Shown here in pieces: positions 27,918 to 40,093 of a DNA stretch of 64,000 nt (its first letter is position 1; each line of letters opens with the position of its first letter). Source of the DNA: the human T2T-CHM13v2.0 reference genome, Homo sapiens; NCBI RefSeq assembly GCF_009914755.1, contig NC_060944.1; one strand, given 5' to 3'. Both the position numbers and the translations under genes were made by a program. The notes beneath the pieces were generated by a model that made no database searches, had not been told where the DNA came from, and saw nothing but the letters and a program-made list of their open reading frames with translations.

Positions 27918-28886
27918 GTAGAGATAGATAGTAAAAGAGGAACAAGGGAGGAAGGAATAAGTGAAGGAAAGAGAAAGAGAACATTTTTGAATAAAGTTAT
28001 TTTTTTTTAAAGTCCTTTGTCTTTACAAAATCCCAAGCCCCACAATTTACTTCAATTGTTTATTCAGAACTACAAGAGCTGCATCTGAATTAGCACAAAA
28101 TCTTACTTAGTTGGCTGGGAAGCTTGAATGGGCCTTTTTTTTTTAATATGGAAAATTACATCTGTTTGAATTATAACCACTGAATTCTCAATGTTTGCGA
28201 AGCAAAAGATGGTACCTCTAAGAATGGATGCATCCTTCTAAGCATCCACATGGCTACCAGTGAGTGAACGAGGAATTCTAGCTCATTCAGCTGAAAAGAT
28301 AGTTTTTGTTAGCTTGCCAGGGGAGGCCTGATTGTCAATTGTGCCTGAAGGAAGTGAGTGCTGTTAAGCATAGACATTTCTCCTTTGTGTACAGTGGAAA
28401 TGATGGGCACACACACCTCCTGCTCACTTGCAGTGACTGGATTCTATTCACAAGCCAGTGCTGCCATCTGACAATACTTGCATTGGAATGGCCACATTCA
28501 TACCATTTCTTTAGTAAGCTGCGAGGTTATATTTCTTCCTCCTGTCACAGAAGCAGAATTTGATCTGTGTTTGTTGGCGCGGGTAGATGTGTGAAGATCA
28601 AACGCAAGCTTTGTCAAACAGACGGTAGTCTTCTACTGAGGAAAATTACTTTTTCCCCCCATTTTCCTAAGGCAAGTAAGTGAGAATGTTAGGAGTTATG
28701 ATAGTGTTGAATTTCAGATCAGGTAAACTGACAACGAGCCCTGCTGTGAATTGGAGTGTTTTCTTTTGAATGTTTTGGCAGCTCTTTGAAAGCAGACAGT
28801 AAGCCTCAGACTGTCAGCCGTTATGTTTGATATTCCTTGATGTCGATACTGGATATGAAAGAACATTGTGCATTTGGTTTAAAAAC

Positions 28887-28906
28887 TGTGTGTGTGTGTG
28901 TGTGTG
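28887..28906 (+). repeat. (TG)10
   Basis: Read directly from the sequence. Confidence 0.95.
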
Positions 28907-29541
28907 GTCAGTACCTTAGAAATAACTTGAGGGCAAGGTACCACTAAGAGAATCCCAGGTTATATAGTCAGTGAGTAAAACTATTTGAATGACATCGTGA
29001 GCTACAAACCTTTTCTAGAAAGGGACACACCTTTACTTTTTATAGACAGTTAAAAGCAATTGTGTCTGTCCTACATGCTTATAAGTTTTATAATTGTCTT
29101 TGGTGTGCATGTCACATTTTGTGTTCATATATAAATTCAATTGCCAGAGCCCCATCTATGTGATGAAAACACATGAAGCAATGTTTTATTAGAAGAACGC
29201 TCAACAATCAACTTGACTCTTTTCCTTTAATGCTTTGACTAAAATTTTCCCCTAAGGTATCCAGAATTACTTGGATTCCTTGTAGATACAAAACCTATGT
29301 TTTCTACTTTGTGCTTCAATATTGTTTCAAGTCAAAACGTCCCTGGGACATATATGCCCTTAGTTATTATGTAAGTAATTAACAGTTATTAGCTAAATAT
29401 TAATGTGCATAAATTTAAGATTCATTTGATTCATTCCAGTAGATTTAACAGCAAGAGGGTAGCACTGAGAGATCTGTGGAAGAAGTAAATAGCAAGGACA
29501 GAGGGAGAAGAGATTTCCAAAGGAGTAAAAGAATGTCTTAG

Positions 29542-30241
29542 CAGTGTTCTTAATCATTGTAAGGGAGTTACAGACTCCTTTTAGAATTCGAGAAAGTCTG
29601 TGATGTCCTCAGAAAAAAATGTGCACATATATGAAAATGCAAAATGTGGATGACTGTCTTAGTTTAGATTCCCCAGAACCAGACCCAAGGCAAAGGTTTG
29701 AGAGCAGGTAGTTTATTTGAACAGTACCAGGAGCTTGGGTGGGTGAAGGGAGGAATTGATGTGGGGAGAAAAAGCAGGCAAGAAATGGTGTATTATTAAG
29801 GCGCTTTCCATAAAAGTGACAAAAGTCCGGGGAGAAACTACAAAACAATGCAAAACAGACACCTCAATATTATCTCAGCCAGAAGACCCAATGCCCAGTC
29901 ATTGGCTAGGGCTGCCCTGGTAGGATGTGAATTCACAGACACAGCCATTGGCAATGCACAGGGCAATATGGGTTCTGAGCCTAGGGAATGTCTCATGACA
30001 AAGATGAAGGTGTTATCCCCAAAGTGGTGTGTGCTAAAAAAAGAAAACAAGCAAACAAAAGAAAAAACAGGGAAGAAAAAAAAAAATGCAGGTTATGGAC
30101 ATGGGAAATCAGGCTGGCATGCCCAGCAGTGGTAAGAAAAATCAAGAACCTGTAGGTATGCAGTGTCTGCTGTAGATATGCCTTGGGATCCCCTATTCAT
30201 CCTTTAAAGGTCAGCCTGGACCAGTTTATTAAAGAATTCTG
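29542..30241 (-). mobile_element. Charlie4z-like hAT MITE, split by an LTR16
   Basis: cagtgttcttaatc...gttacagactcctttagaatt...cagaaaaaaatgtgcacata on the left; a weaker remainder at 30175-30241. Confidence 0.55.
29655..30174 (-). mobile_element. LTR16-like ERVL solo LTR
   Basis: tgtcttagtttagattccccagaaccagaccc...gtagtttattt...cagtcattggctagggctgc...cagtgtctgctgta. Confidence 0.75.
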
Positions 30242-30386
30242 CTGTGTGGAAAGGGCCGCCTGAAAGTAAGATGCCCATTTTGGAGATGAGTTCAGCTATT
30301 AACATCTTTGAGAAGGGCCAAGGGCCAAGTTATATGCCCAACCATGTTTTCAGCTTGTAAAATTATTCTAGAAGGAAGGGATTTAG

Positions 30387-30730
30387 TGAGTCAGTGGACA
30401 CCTTCAGAAAGAGTGTTGGGAGTCTTGAGAACTCTTTAAACTCTTCTGACTCACTGTGTCTCACAGGGTCAGGCATGTGATCTCTCTTTATGAGAGAGTC
30501 TCCATCTAGGGAATGGGATAATAATGGTCTTTCTCATTCTTGAGAAAAAGGTGTCCAGGCCCATGATGCCGTGAGACTGCCAGCATCAACGCCCCTGTGT
30601 GACACTCTTCCTATTTGTAATCTCTTTTCCCCAAGCAATGAGTTGAGTCAACAGAGCAATCCTATCTCAGACTTCAGGAAACGAAATCTCGGAGCATCGG
30701 GTTGGTATACCAGAGTCATCCAGTGAGTCA
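30387..30730. promoter_or_regulatory. Candidate enhancer with four perfect AP-1 sites
   Basis: TGA(G/C)TCA at 30387, 30447, 30644 and 30724. Function is inferred only. Confidence 0.4.
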
Positions 30731-31129
30731 CTGTCACAGTAGGAATCAGGTATTAGAACATCTAAACTCCAGGCCATTCTTAAACTCCTCAGGCTTTACC
30801 GTCTCCTCCTAAAAATGGAGAAATGGGTGCTAATAATAGGCCTGGTTCTCCCGTGAGCCAGAATGACTTATTCACAACCTGGGAACAGAGTCATCTAGGG
30901 GAGGTGAGTTAACCTTTTTTGGTGATAATTTCCTGACAAAGGATGCCTAAAAACCCTGGAAAATGGTAATAGTTCATCTACTGTTCCTGCAGCCGCTGGA
31001 CTGGGATCTTAAGCAGTCTGACCCATTTTATACTCATATCCTTAATACGTTGCTTCACACAATGCTTTTTGGCATTAATGGACATGATCAGGAAGCCTGC
31101 TGAAGTCTTTTGAAACTGTTAGATGAACG

Positions 31130-31723
31130 AAGAAATGGCAGATTGCCTTTGGAAACACTTGTTACTTTCTTATAATGTTAAATGTGCACTTATCAATATG
31201 GCCCAGCAATTTCACTCCTGAGGATTCACCCAAGAAAAATGAAAAATTTTCACAAAATTTCACACAAAAAACTATATACAGTTGTTTATAGAAGCTTTAT
31301 TCATAATCAGTAAAATCTAGAAACAATCAACTATTGAATAAATAGCTGGTATACAGATAACATCCTGCAGTGCATCCAGTCAATGAAATAATACTCAGAA
31401 TAAAAATCATAATAATAAAGTACTGATTGATGCAACAGCAGGCATGCCTCCCCAGCATACTCTGTGATGTGAAAGAAGCCAGAAATGAAAGATGACATAC
31501 TGTATAATTCCATTTGTAAGATAGTCTAAAACCTGTATAAGAACAGAGAACTGATCAGTGGTTGCCAGGGCCTGGGGTTTGGGGAAGTGGTTAACTACAA
31601 AGGGGTAGACAGGGATGTTCACGGCTGAGGAAACTGTTCTGCATCTTAATTGCTGTGTCAGTTACAGGACTAGGTGCATTTGTCAAATTAAGGTAAATAA
31701 ATTACATCTCAATAAACTCGACT
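31130..31723 (+). mobile_element. Old L1 (L1ME-like) 3' fragment
   Basis: cccagcaatttcactcct...gaaagaagccaga...catactgtataattccattt...gatcagtggttgccaggg...ctcaataaac. Confidence 0.85.
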
Positions 31724-31988
31724 CACACCCACCAAAAAAATAATAAGAAAGAAAAAATGGTAGAGCCATGTTAGGTCACCAAGGTAGAGGTGACATGGGA
31801 AAAGAGATTAGAAAGACAGAAGTGTCATAAGGGACTCTGTCATAAAGAACTCAGACAATAATGTAATAGTATGTTGTGGTATTTCTTTCAGAGCCAATAC
31901 TCTGGCCAGCAGGAACCCAGGAGCCCAGAAGCCCCAGGCCTGACCCATTCTGGCAATTATTATAATATTGTTCTTAAAAGCCAAGTCC

Positions 31989-31990
<2 letters not shown>

Positions 31991-32035
<45 letters not shown>

Positions 32036-32070
32036 AAGTCCCTCTCTCTCTCTCTTTCTCTCTCTCTCCC
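31991..32070 (+). repeat. (CT)20 plus a degenerate CT tract
   Basis: Read directly from the sequence. Confidence 0.95.
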
Positions 32071-33019
32071 CCATCACTCTATCTTTCTCACACACACTCA
32101 CATGCTCACATGATCACACACACACAGAGAATAACAAGCTTTGCAAAGTGCAAACATTTCCATTGCTGCCAAAGGTCAGGCTGAGGATGAGGCTCGAAAC
32201 CTCGAATTTGTCCAGCTGTCATCTCCCAGTCTCAGTCAATACTGTGAATGTCCAGTTCTATCCTGAACATATCTACAAATACATCTACTTGGAAAATACT
32301 GGCACATAAATTTAGAGAGGTTTAAAGTGGGAATGAATACCTCAACCTACGGGGTGGAAAAAACCTGTGCCCTGCTCTTTGTGGGCAACCCAACCTGTTT
32401 GAACTGCTAAAAACACTCAGGGCAAAACAAGGAGAGCAGAAAAAAATAAGCTTTTAAGAAAACAGTTCTCTCAATATCCCTAAGTTTAATGGCTCAATAT
32501 TTAGCATGCGTTTCATAACTCCAGCTTTTTTTGGGTGGAGGTAGGTAGGGAAAATGGGAATATACTAAAGAGTTTTCAAAACACTTGCTATTTGTAAGGC
32601 TTCTTTTTTTATGTACCATAACGCACACAGCCCTCTCAGGCATGGGGTCAGGCTGTTTCCTTGGAGTGGAATTGAACACGAATGAGGAATAGTGAGAAAC
32701 TGGGTTAGGCTACCATGGAAAATATGAGAGCCCTGGAAAGCGTCATTCCAAGGTCTGACAATGATTCCAGGGTTACTGGAGAAACTTTTTTTTTCTCTTT
32801 TCCCTCTTTCCTCCAAGTACCCAGATCCCTCCAACAGGATCCCAGAAGTGTGACACTAACAATGAATTTTCAATGCATCCTGCACCCAAGGGATTTGCAA
32901 CTTAGTGGGACACACATGTTAATAGACAACTAAACCAGTGGTCACAACAAAGTGAGACAAGGGCTACCGCAGAGAGGCAGAGAGGCTGGAAAGCCAATTG
33001 TCATGGATATAGATGGTCA

Positions 33020-33220
33020 TCGTTTCTGTCTTTGGCTCTACCATATGCTAGCTCTGTGGCTTTGAGCAAGCTACCTAACTTCTCTAAGCCTCAAAATTTT
33101 AACCTGTGAAGTAGAGATAATAATAGCACTACCCCAACATGTGATTGAGGGTTAAATGAGAAATCCATTCAAAGCACATGAATAGTGCCTGGCTCATAGT
33201 AAGTGGTCATAAGTGGTAGC
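33020..33220 (+). mobile_element. MIR SINE
   Basis: ctagctctgtggctttgagcaagctacctaacttctctaagcctc...agtgcctggctcatagtaag. Confidence 0.85.
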
Positions 33221-34088
33221 CATGACAGTAATTTCATGGGAAGAGAGATCACCTCAGGGAAGCTTCAAAGCATCAGGGATGTTTAAGCTGAGTCTTCAAG
33301 GAAAAGTAAGTACAAGCTACATAGACCCAGTGTACCCGCTTGTGGAACTGGGAGGACATTTCAAGCAGCGGGAGAAGGATATGAAAAGGGTTGTAGGTGG
33401 AAAATATCCTGATAAGTTCACATTAAGACCAGATTAAGATCTCTGGGGAATCTAAAGAATAATGGAACCATGGTACAAAACCCCTCTCAAATGTATTCTA
33501 ATATCAGTGTTAAATCTGAAAGTAACTGGGAGGCACATTTCTGATTTGACCTTCAACAACTAGGTTGAATGCTTTGTTTCTTCAAGAGATTTTTGCTTTT
33601 GTGAGTACCTAGGAATGTTGAATCTCCTTGTAGGGTCATCCAGGGACCTCAGAGTTACCTATGAATGGAGTGGGCAAGGATTTTGGCCAAGACTGAAATA
33701 TGAGCAGAAACCAAACTGTGAAGGGTCGTTGCTGGGGGCTTTCTGAGGAGTTGTGCAGGGAAAGTTTGGTGAAAAATTTCAGGCTGGTTGCGTGACATGC
33801 AAAGGTAACTCTGGTGGCCTTACAAGGAATGGATTTCAGTGGCAGTTCTCAGTGGGAAGGAGGGGACTTGTTGGGAGATGAAAACAATCTGAGAAGCCTT
33901 TTAGCAATGCATAATAACCCTTGGCTTTTAGGGGCACAGTGTTGGGAATGCGTAGGGGGAGCCAATGAAGAGATGGAATGAGAAAAATCCTAAGAAAAAT
34001 TATTAGGAGGCTGTTGAAATATTATATCCCTCCCTAGCCTTCTTCTTTCTGCCCGCATTTCTGTCGGCTTAATTTCACCCTGTCATTC

Positions 34089-34142
<54 letters not shown>
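34089..34142. repeat. (AT)n of about 27 units with one interruption
   Basis: Read directly from the sequence. Confidence 0.95.
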
Positions 34143-34144
<2 letters not shown>

Positions 34145-34357
34145 CACACACACATATGATTTTTATTTTTATACATTATTTATACATTTGTATATACATT
34201 ATATATACTAATGCGAATAGTATATACATATGCACATAGGTATATATAATGTAATACATTGCCAAATGTGTACAAACATTCTAAATGACTCTTTCGCACT
34301 TACATCAACCCGTAGTTACCTTCCCGAATCTAAAACCAGAAGCAAATCTTATTTTTA

Positions 34358-34568
<211 letters not shown>

Positions 34569-35716
34569 GCAAATCTTATTTTTACTTTTATTTTTTGTAG
34601 TCCAGAATTACAGCACCATAGAGACGAAATATACAGGTGAGGGCGGGAGCTTCTCCACTCAGTCTGTGCATGTGGGAGGGTGGGCAACTTCCTGCCAGCC
34701 TTCTGGTCTCATATGCATTTGGTGAGGATGTTGCAATCTCAGTTAGTTTGGGGCCATGTTTGTACACTAATTCAGATGTGAGCATGTGTGCTCACATACA
34801 CACAAACTCACACACACACACAAAATTAGAGTGAAATCAGACTTAATGGAGTGTGGCCACCTAAAGACTTCAGAGCTAGCAGAAGCGATCAGCAATCTAC
34901 TAGATGAGTGATTTGGTGGGGGTGTCTTTACTATTCTTTCATGCCATGGAACAATACATAGTATTGTCATGTCAGGTTTAATGATTCAGCAATTTAATAT
35001 CCTTGACTTTTTTGTGGAATTATTATTTAGTTGGGAATATTTTTCAGGACCCAGAAACATTATGTTTTTGATATGTTTGGAACTTGATCTAAGATGTACT
35101 TCAGACACCAGACAGTGTTTTATGTTCCATGACGACTCTGAAATTCATGCAGCTTTTGTTGTCTGAACTTTCATTTGATCTGTGTTAATTTTTTGTATTA
35201 ATAGCTTGCCTCTTCATTTTCATTATTACTGACAAATATTTACTTAGTATCTACTACATATAAAATATCATGTAAGTATTCTGTGTATGTTCAACTTGAA
35301 AAACTTTCTAATTTGGCAAAACATAGAGACTAATTTAACAAATACCCATGTAGTAGGATTTCAGAATTAACAAATGCCAACATTTAATCATATTTTCTTG
35401 AGATAAACAATGTATGTGTGAGTAAAAGAAATAAACATCACTGGCAAAATTCAATTATTTTTACTTCCTAAGTTTTTATACAAAATGGCTAACAATTTAA
35501 GTTTTTGAATAGAAGGATTCAATATTTACACTACTTAATCACACTGTTCCTGGTATCTATGCTTGGTACATAGTAGTTGCTCAATAAACACGTGTTGAGA
35601 TGTTTTGTCCAATTCTTACATAGCCAGGATTGACTCCTATGCCCACTCTTCTATACTTTTTATACATTTTATTTGAGAGAATACATTTACTTGCACGACT
35701 TCTAAAAACATCTATA

Positions 35717-36011
35717 GGCCGGGTGCGGTGGCTCATGCCTGTAATCCCAGCACTTTGGGAGGCTGAGGTGGGCAGATCACGAGGTCAGGAGATGGAGACC
35801 ATCTGGCTAATACGGTAAAACCCCATCTCTACTAAAAATACAAAAAATTAGCCGGGTGTGGTGGCGGGCGCCTGTAGTCCCAGCTACTCAGGAGGCTGAG
35901 GCAGGAGAATGGCATGAACCCAGTAGGCGGAGCTTGCAGTGAGCCGAGATCACGCCACTGCACTCCAGCCTGGGCGACAGCGAGACTCTGTCTCAAAAAA
36001 AAAAAAAAAAA
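35717..36011 (+). mobile_element. AluY, full length
   Basis: gatcacgaggtcaggagat...gagaatggcatgaacc...gcggagcttgcagtg; TSD aaacatctata at 35706-35716 and 36025-36035. Confidence 0.97.
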
Positions 36012-36039
36012 CTATAAACATCTGAAACATCTATAGATA

Positions 36040-36205
36040 TAGCTAGATGACCTTTCAGGCAAGTTAATCTTTCCAGACCTCAGTTTCTACATCTGCAAAA
36101 TGGAAATAAAAATTACACCCAACTCATAGGTTTATTGCGGGGCTTAGTTGAACTAATGCATGTGCTTACTGTTTAGTAAGTGCTAAGTAAATGTTAGTTA
36201 GTGTT
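36040..36205 (+). mobile_element. MIR SINE fragment
   Basis: ggcaagttaatc...cctcagtttctacatctgcaaaatgg. Confidence 0.8.
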
Positions 36206-36993
36206 ATTCCTTTTATTGTTTTTTAACCAACACCTTTCTTCATGGGTTCACAGTCCACTGCAGAAGCAAACAGAAATATTTACAACTTCAAAGTGCTGTG
36301 ATAGACGTTAGTGCAAAGAAATGTAGATAAGGGAGTGAACAGGGAAGTGAGGAAGGCTTCACAGTGGAGAGGTGAACTTTGATTCATTTTCTGGAGAAGA
36401 AATCTAGTTTCACTAAGTGAGGAAAGAGGTCGTTGCAGGCAGAGGGAGTAGTATATGCAAAAGATGACTGCACGGAAATGGGGAAATGGGCTTATGGTAA
36501 TGTCTCTTAGGAGGTGAGAGGTGGGTTGAGGGTACAGAGGGTACCATGCAAAAAAAAAGAATAGTAGACCAAAGAGTGTACAACTCCATGTGTTTGTGCG
36601 CATCGGGGCCTGCTTCTTTATTGAAACTTACATTCAAACGTTAAATATTATTACACTATGTAAGAAAAGACGTATGAGTAATGCTCTTCCACCCTCCTCC
36701 CCCTCACGTTCCCATTCCTGCAGCACTAGAAACCCACTGATATGTCTTCAAGGGAAAAACCATAAATGTAGTGAGGATGCTATGATATGAGTTGTCGTGA
36801 TGCCACTAACGTTGATGACCAGGACCATGGAGACATTGGCAAGGAATTTACAGCTTCTCAAGTTCCAATAATCTTATTATAGTCTAGTGTATGCAATACG
36901 CCTTCTTACACATCTGTCATCTAGCTGGACCCAGTGGGAAGGTTCATGGTCTTTGGACTCAGAGAGAGCAATGCTACAACCCTGGCTTTGTTT

Positions 36994-37475
36994 TGCTGAT
37001 TATTCTCCATGTGGTCCCTGGACCCCTTCTCTCTTTTCTTCTGCCCTGCTGTTGCACCAAGAGGTTGACCTCAGGGACTACATTCCCTGGCTCCTTTATC
37101 CTTTGGCTTTGATTGTGTATAGGCAATGAGAGGGTCTAGCAGGATGCAGGATGGCAGTAAGAGGGAGAGGCTGGGATATTTCTTCCTCTTGCTTCCGCCT
37201 TGCTTGTCTGTGGTTCTAATGGTGGCTGTGCTCCTCCATGCTCCAGCTCCAGACAGGTGTCCCATCTCCTTTGCTTCTGCCTTGCTCCAGTGACATCCAC
37301 TTCATTCCCATATCTCCTTGGGCTCCCTTGCTTTTGACAGTTCCAGTGCCTGGCCATTCCCTGTTGGTTGTTTTAGCTCTGCCCACAGATCCATAAGGAG
37401 CCCCTATATTAAGTTATTCTCAATTAAATCCTTTCAATATGTCATCTCTTTCCTGCTGAGACCCTTACCAAATCA
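36994..37475 (+). mobile_element. LTR33-like solo LTR inserted in a MIR
   Basis: ctgccctgctgttgcaccaagaggttgacct...tctctttcctgctgagaccctt; MIR halves at about 36940-36993 and 37476-37680. Confidence 0.75.
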
Positions 37476-37945
37476 ACTACTTACTACATGACTTTGTCCA
37501 AGGGCCATAATCTTTTATGGCCTCAGGTTCTCCACATGCAAAATCAGGATAATAATGTTCTCTACCTCATGAGGTTATTTAAAGGAAACGGTGAGATCAT
37601 GTGTTTTGATAGAATATATTTTAAAGCCTCTATCATGGTTCTTGACACATAGGAGGTGCTCAGGAAATATTAGGTACTATTGTCATTGCAACAATTAGGA
37701 AAACTTCTGCCACTATTTATATGTGATAGAATTGAGGGATATTAGATCTGGAAAGTAGCTGGGCCATTGCCTTGGATGACCTGCTCATTTTATGTTTGAG
37801 GAAACTGAGGCCCAGCATGCTTGTCCAAGTTCACACAGTTAATTAGTGGTGGAGCTAAGGATAGTATGAGTCTACATTGAAAGGAGGCCAGCTGTGTTTA
37901 CATCAATTCTATTTAACTTCTTTAATTAAGCTGTTGATTCCTTCA

Positions 37946-38103
37946 GTGACGTCACCCACTTGTTTTAGAAATGAGTTACATAAGCGCGTCTCCCTCCACT
38001 ATTTATTTGCTCCCTCTGAGAAGAGTATCGGGCTGTCCCAAAATAAGCAAAGATTCGAGAGAATACCCCTGTTTCATTGCTCCTGCTCCCTGCTGCTGAC
38101 TCA
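37946..38103. promoter_or_regulatory. Candidate enhancer with CRE, D-box and MARE/AP-1 sites
   Basis: GTGACGTCAC at 37946-37955, GTTACATAA at 37975-37983, TGCTGACTCA at 38094-38103. Confidence 0.4.
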
Positions 38104-39051
38104 TTTACTCCTGGGCCTCTGAGCTCGCTCACATCAATCACCCATCCTCAGAAGAACACACTGCGTCCGGCCTCACAGGCCCCGTGCAGCTGGAGCTCTG
38201 CAATGCCACCCCTGGGAGGCTTCATTGCAATGCAAGGAAAGGCCACTGTCAGGTCCTCCCCTCTGCACAGAGCATGGTACCCAGCTAATGATCATGTCCA
38301 GCTAAAAACCCTTTTGGTTTTTAAAATTCAAGTCAGGCAATCCCAAGAGGAACGGCATCCAAACAGATGTGTCTTTTAACCACACAGTTTTAAAACAACT
38401 GGATAAAAAGAACATTTGTTCCATCTTCCTACTACCAGGCATTCAAACTCAGTTTTAAATAGGTATACAAATAGCTGGGCATTTCAGGTTGATGATATCC
38501 ACTCTCAGGGCAAGTGGCTAATTTCCTTCCTAAGCTCGAATAATAAATGCCTAATCATCTTTTTATTTTTCCTAAACAGTAATGTGCTCTGCATCCAGTC
38601 TGTGTCTGTCTGCCGGTGCAGAGCTGACATTACCTGATCCTATTTCACAGAGACCCTGTGTTTGCTAGATGTCCAAATAAGTGGTTGATTCAGGGCAAAA
38701 ATATTAGTCAAGCCATTTGTTTCACTCAGTTAAAGAATCAGTGCAGGTAAAGTAGGCGAGTCAGTAGCCCAGCGTAGGCAAAGCTGCGTGTCCTCGAATG
38801 ATCTTTCCAGCCGTCATTCCTGGGAGGGCTGGGCTTTTGGGGCACTCCTAAAGGAACTGCCTTGGGCTCAAGGCAACATTCTCTCTCAGCAGCTTCTCCT
38901 TCCCCATTTCCAGTGGTTATCTCAACTACTTCAACAGGCAACCTTAAAGCCAGCCAGAAGCAATTTTAGTTTATCAAGCTTGAATGTGAAAAGGAGCAAG
39001 CAAAGACCTGAGCTTTCTCTTGTTTCTTTTCTTATGAGTAACATGTGATCT

Positions 39052-39120
39052 TTTAAAAATTATTGTAGTAAGAACACCTAACATGAAATCTACCCTCTTA
39101 ACAAATTTTTAAGTGTACAT
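39052..39120 (-). mobile_element. L1MA8/9-like 3' tip
   Basis: taagaacacctaacatgaaatctaccctcttaacaaatttttaagtgtaca. Confidence 0.75.
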
Positions 39121-39140
39121 GAGCCTTTAAAACAAAACAA

Positions 39141-39429
39141 CCTGACTTTTTAATGATCGCCATTCTAACTGGCGTGAGATGGTATGTCATTGTGGTTTTG
39201 ATTTGCATTTCTCTAATCACCAGTGATGATGAGCTTTTTTTCATATGTTTGTTGGCCGCACAAATGTCTTCTTTTGAGAAGGGTCTGTTCATATCCTTCT
39301 CCCAGTTTTTAATGGGGTTGTTTTTTTCTTGTAAATTTGTTTAAGTTCCTTGTAGATTCTGTATATTAGCCCTTTGTCAGATGGATAGATTGCAAAAATT
39401 TTCTCCCATTCTGTAGGTTGCCTGTTCAC
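39141..39429 (-). mobile_element. Inverted 5' segment of an L1PA insertion (ORF2 remnant)
   Basis: Minus-strand translation [51 protein letters not shown] matches the L1 ORF2p C-terminal region. Confidence 0.95.
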
Positions 39430-40093
39430 AATGGATGCCAGAGAGGATGTGGAGAAATAGGAACACTTTTACACTGTTGTTGGGAGTGTAAATGAGTTCA
39501 ACCATTGTGGAAGACAGTATGGTGATTCCTCAAGGATCTAGAACCAGAAATACCATTTGACCCAGCAATCCCATTACTGAGTATATATCCAAGGGATTAT
39601 AAAGCATTCTACTATACAGACACATGCACACATATGTTTATTGCAGCACTATTCACAATAGCAAAGACTTGGAACCAACCCAAATGCCCACCAATGATAG
39701 ACTGGATAAAGAAAATGTGGCACATATACACCATGGAATACTAAGCAGCTATAAAAAAGGATGAGTTCATGTCCTTTGCAGGGACATGGATGAAGCTGGA
39801 AACCATCATTCTCAGCAAACTAACAAAGGAACGGAAAACCAAACACCGCATGTTCTCACTCATAAATAGGAGTTGAACAAATGAGAACACATGGACACAG
39901 GGAGGGGAACATCGCACACCGGGGCCCGTTGGGGGTTAGGGGACTAGAGGAGGGATAGCATGAGGAGAAATACCTAATGTAGATGACGGGTTGATGAGTG
40001 CAGCAAACCACCATGGCATGCGTATACCTATGTAACAAAGCAGCACGTTCTGCACGTGTATCCCGAAACTTAAAGTATAATTAAAAAAAAAAA
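39430..40093 (+). mobile_element. L1PA (L1PA7-like) ORF2 end, 3'UTR and poly-A
   Basis: gagaggatgtggagaaataggaacacttttacactg...ggagaaatacctaatgtagatgacgggttg...cttaaagtataatt followed by A11. Confidence 0.95.

Noticed and set aside
39098-39292. Functional reverse-transcriptase gene
   Set aside because: It is only a short inverted piece of the ORF2 C-terminal region from a ~950-bp dead L1.
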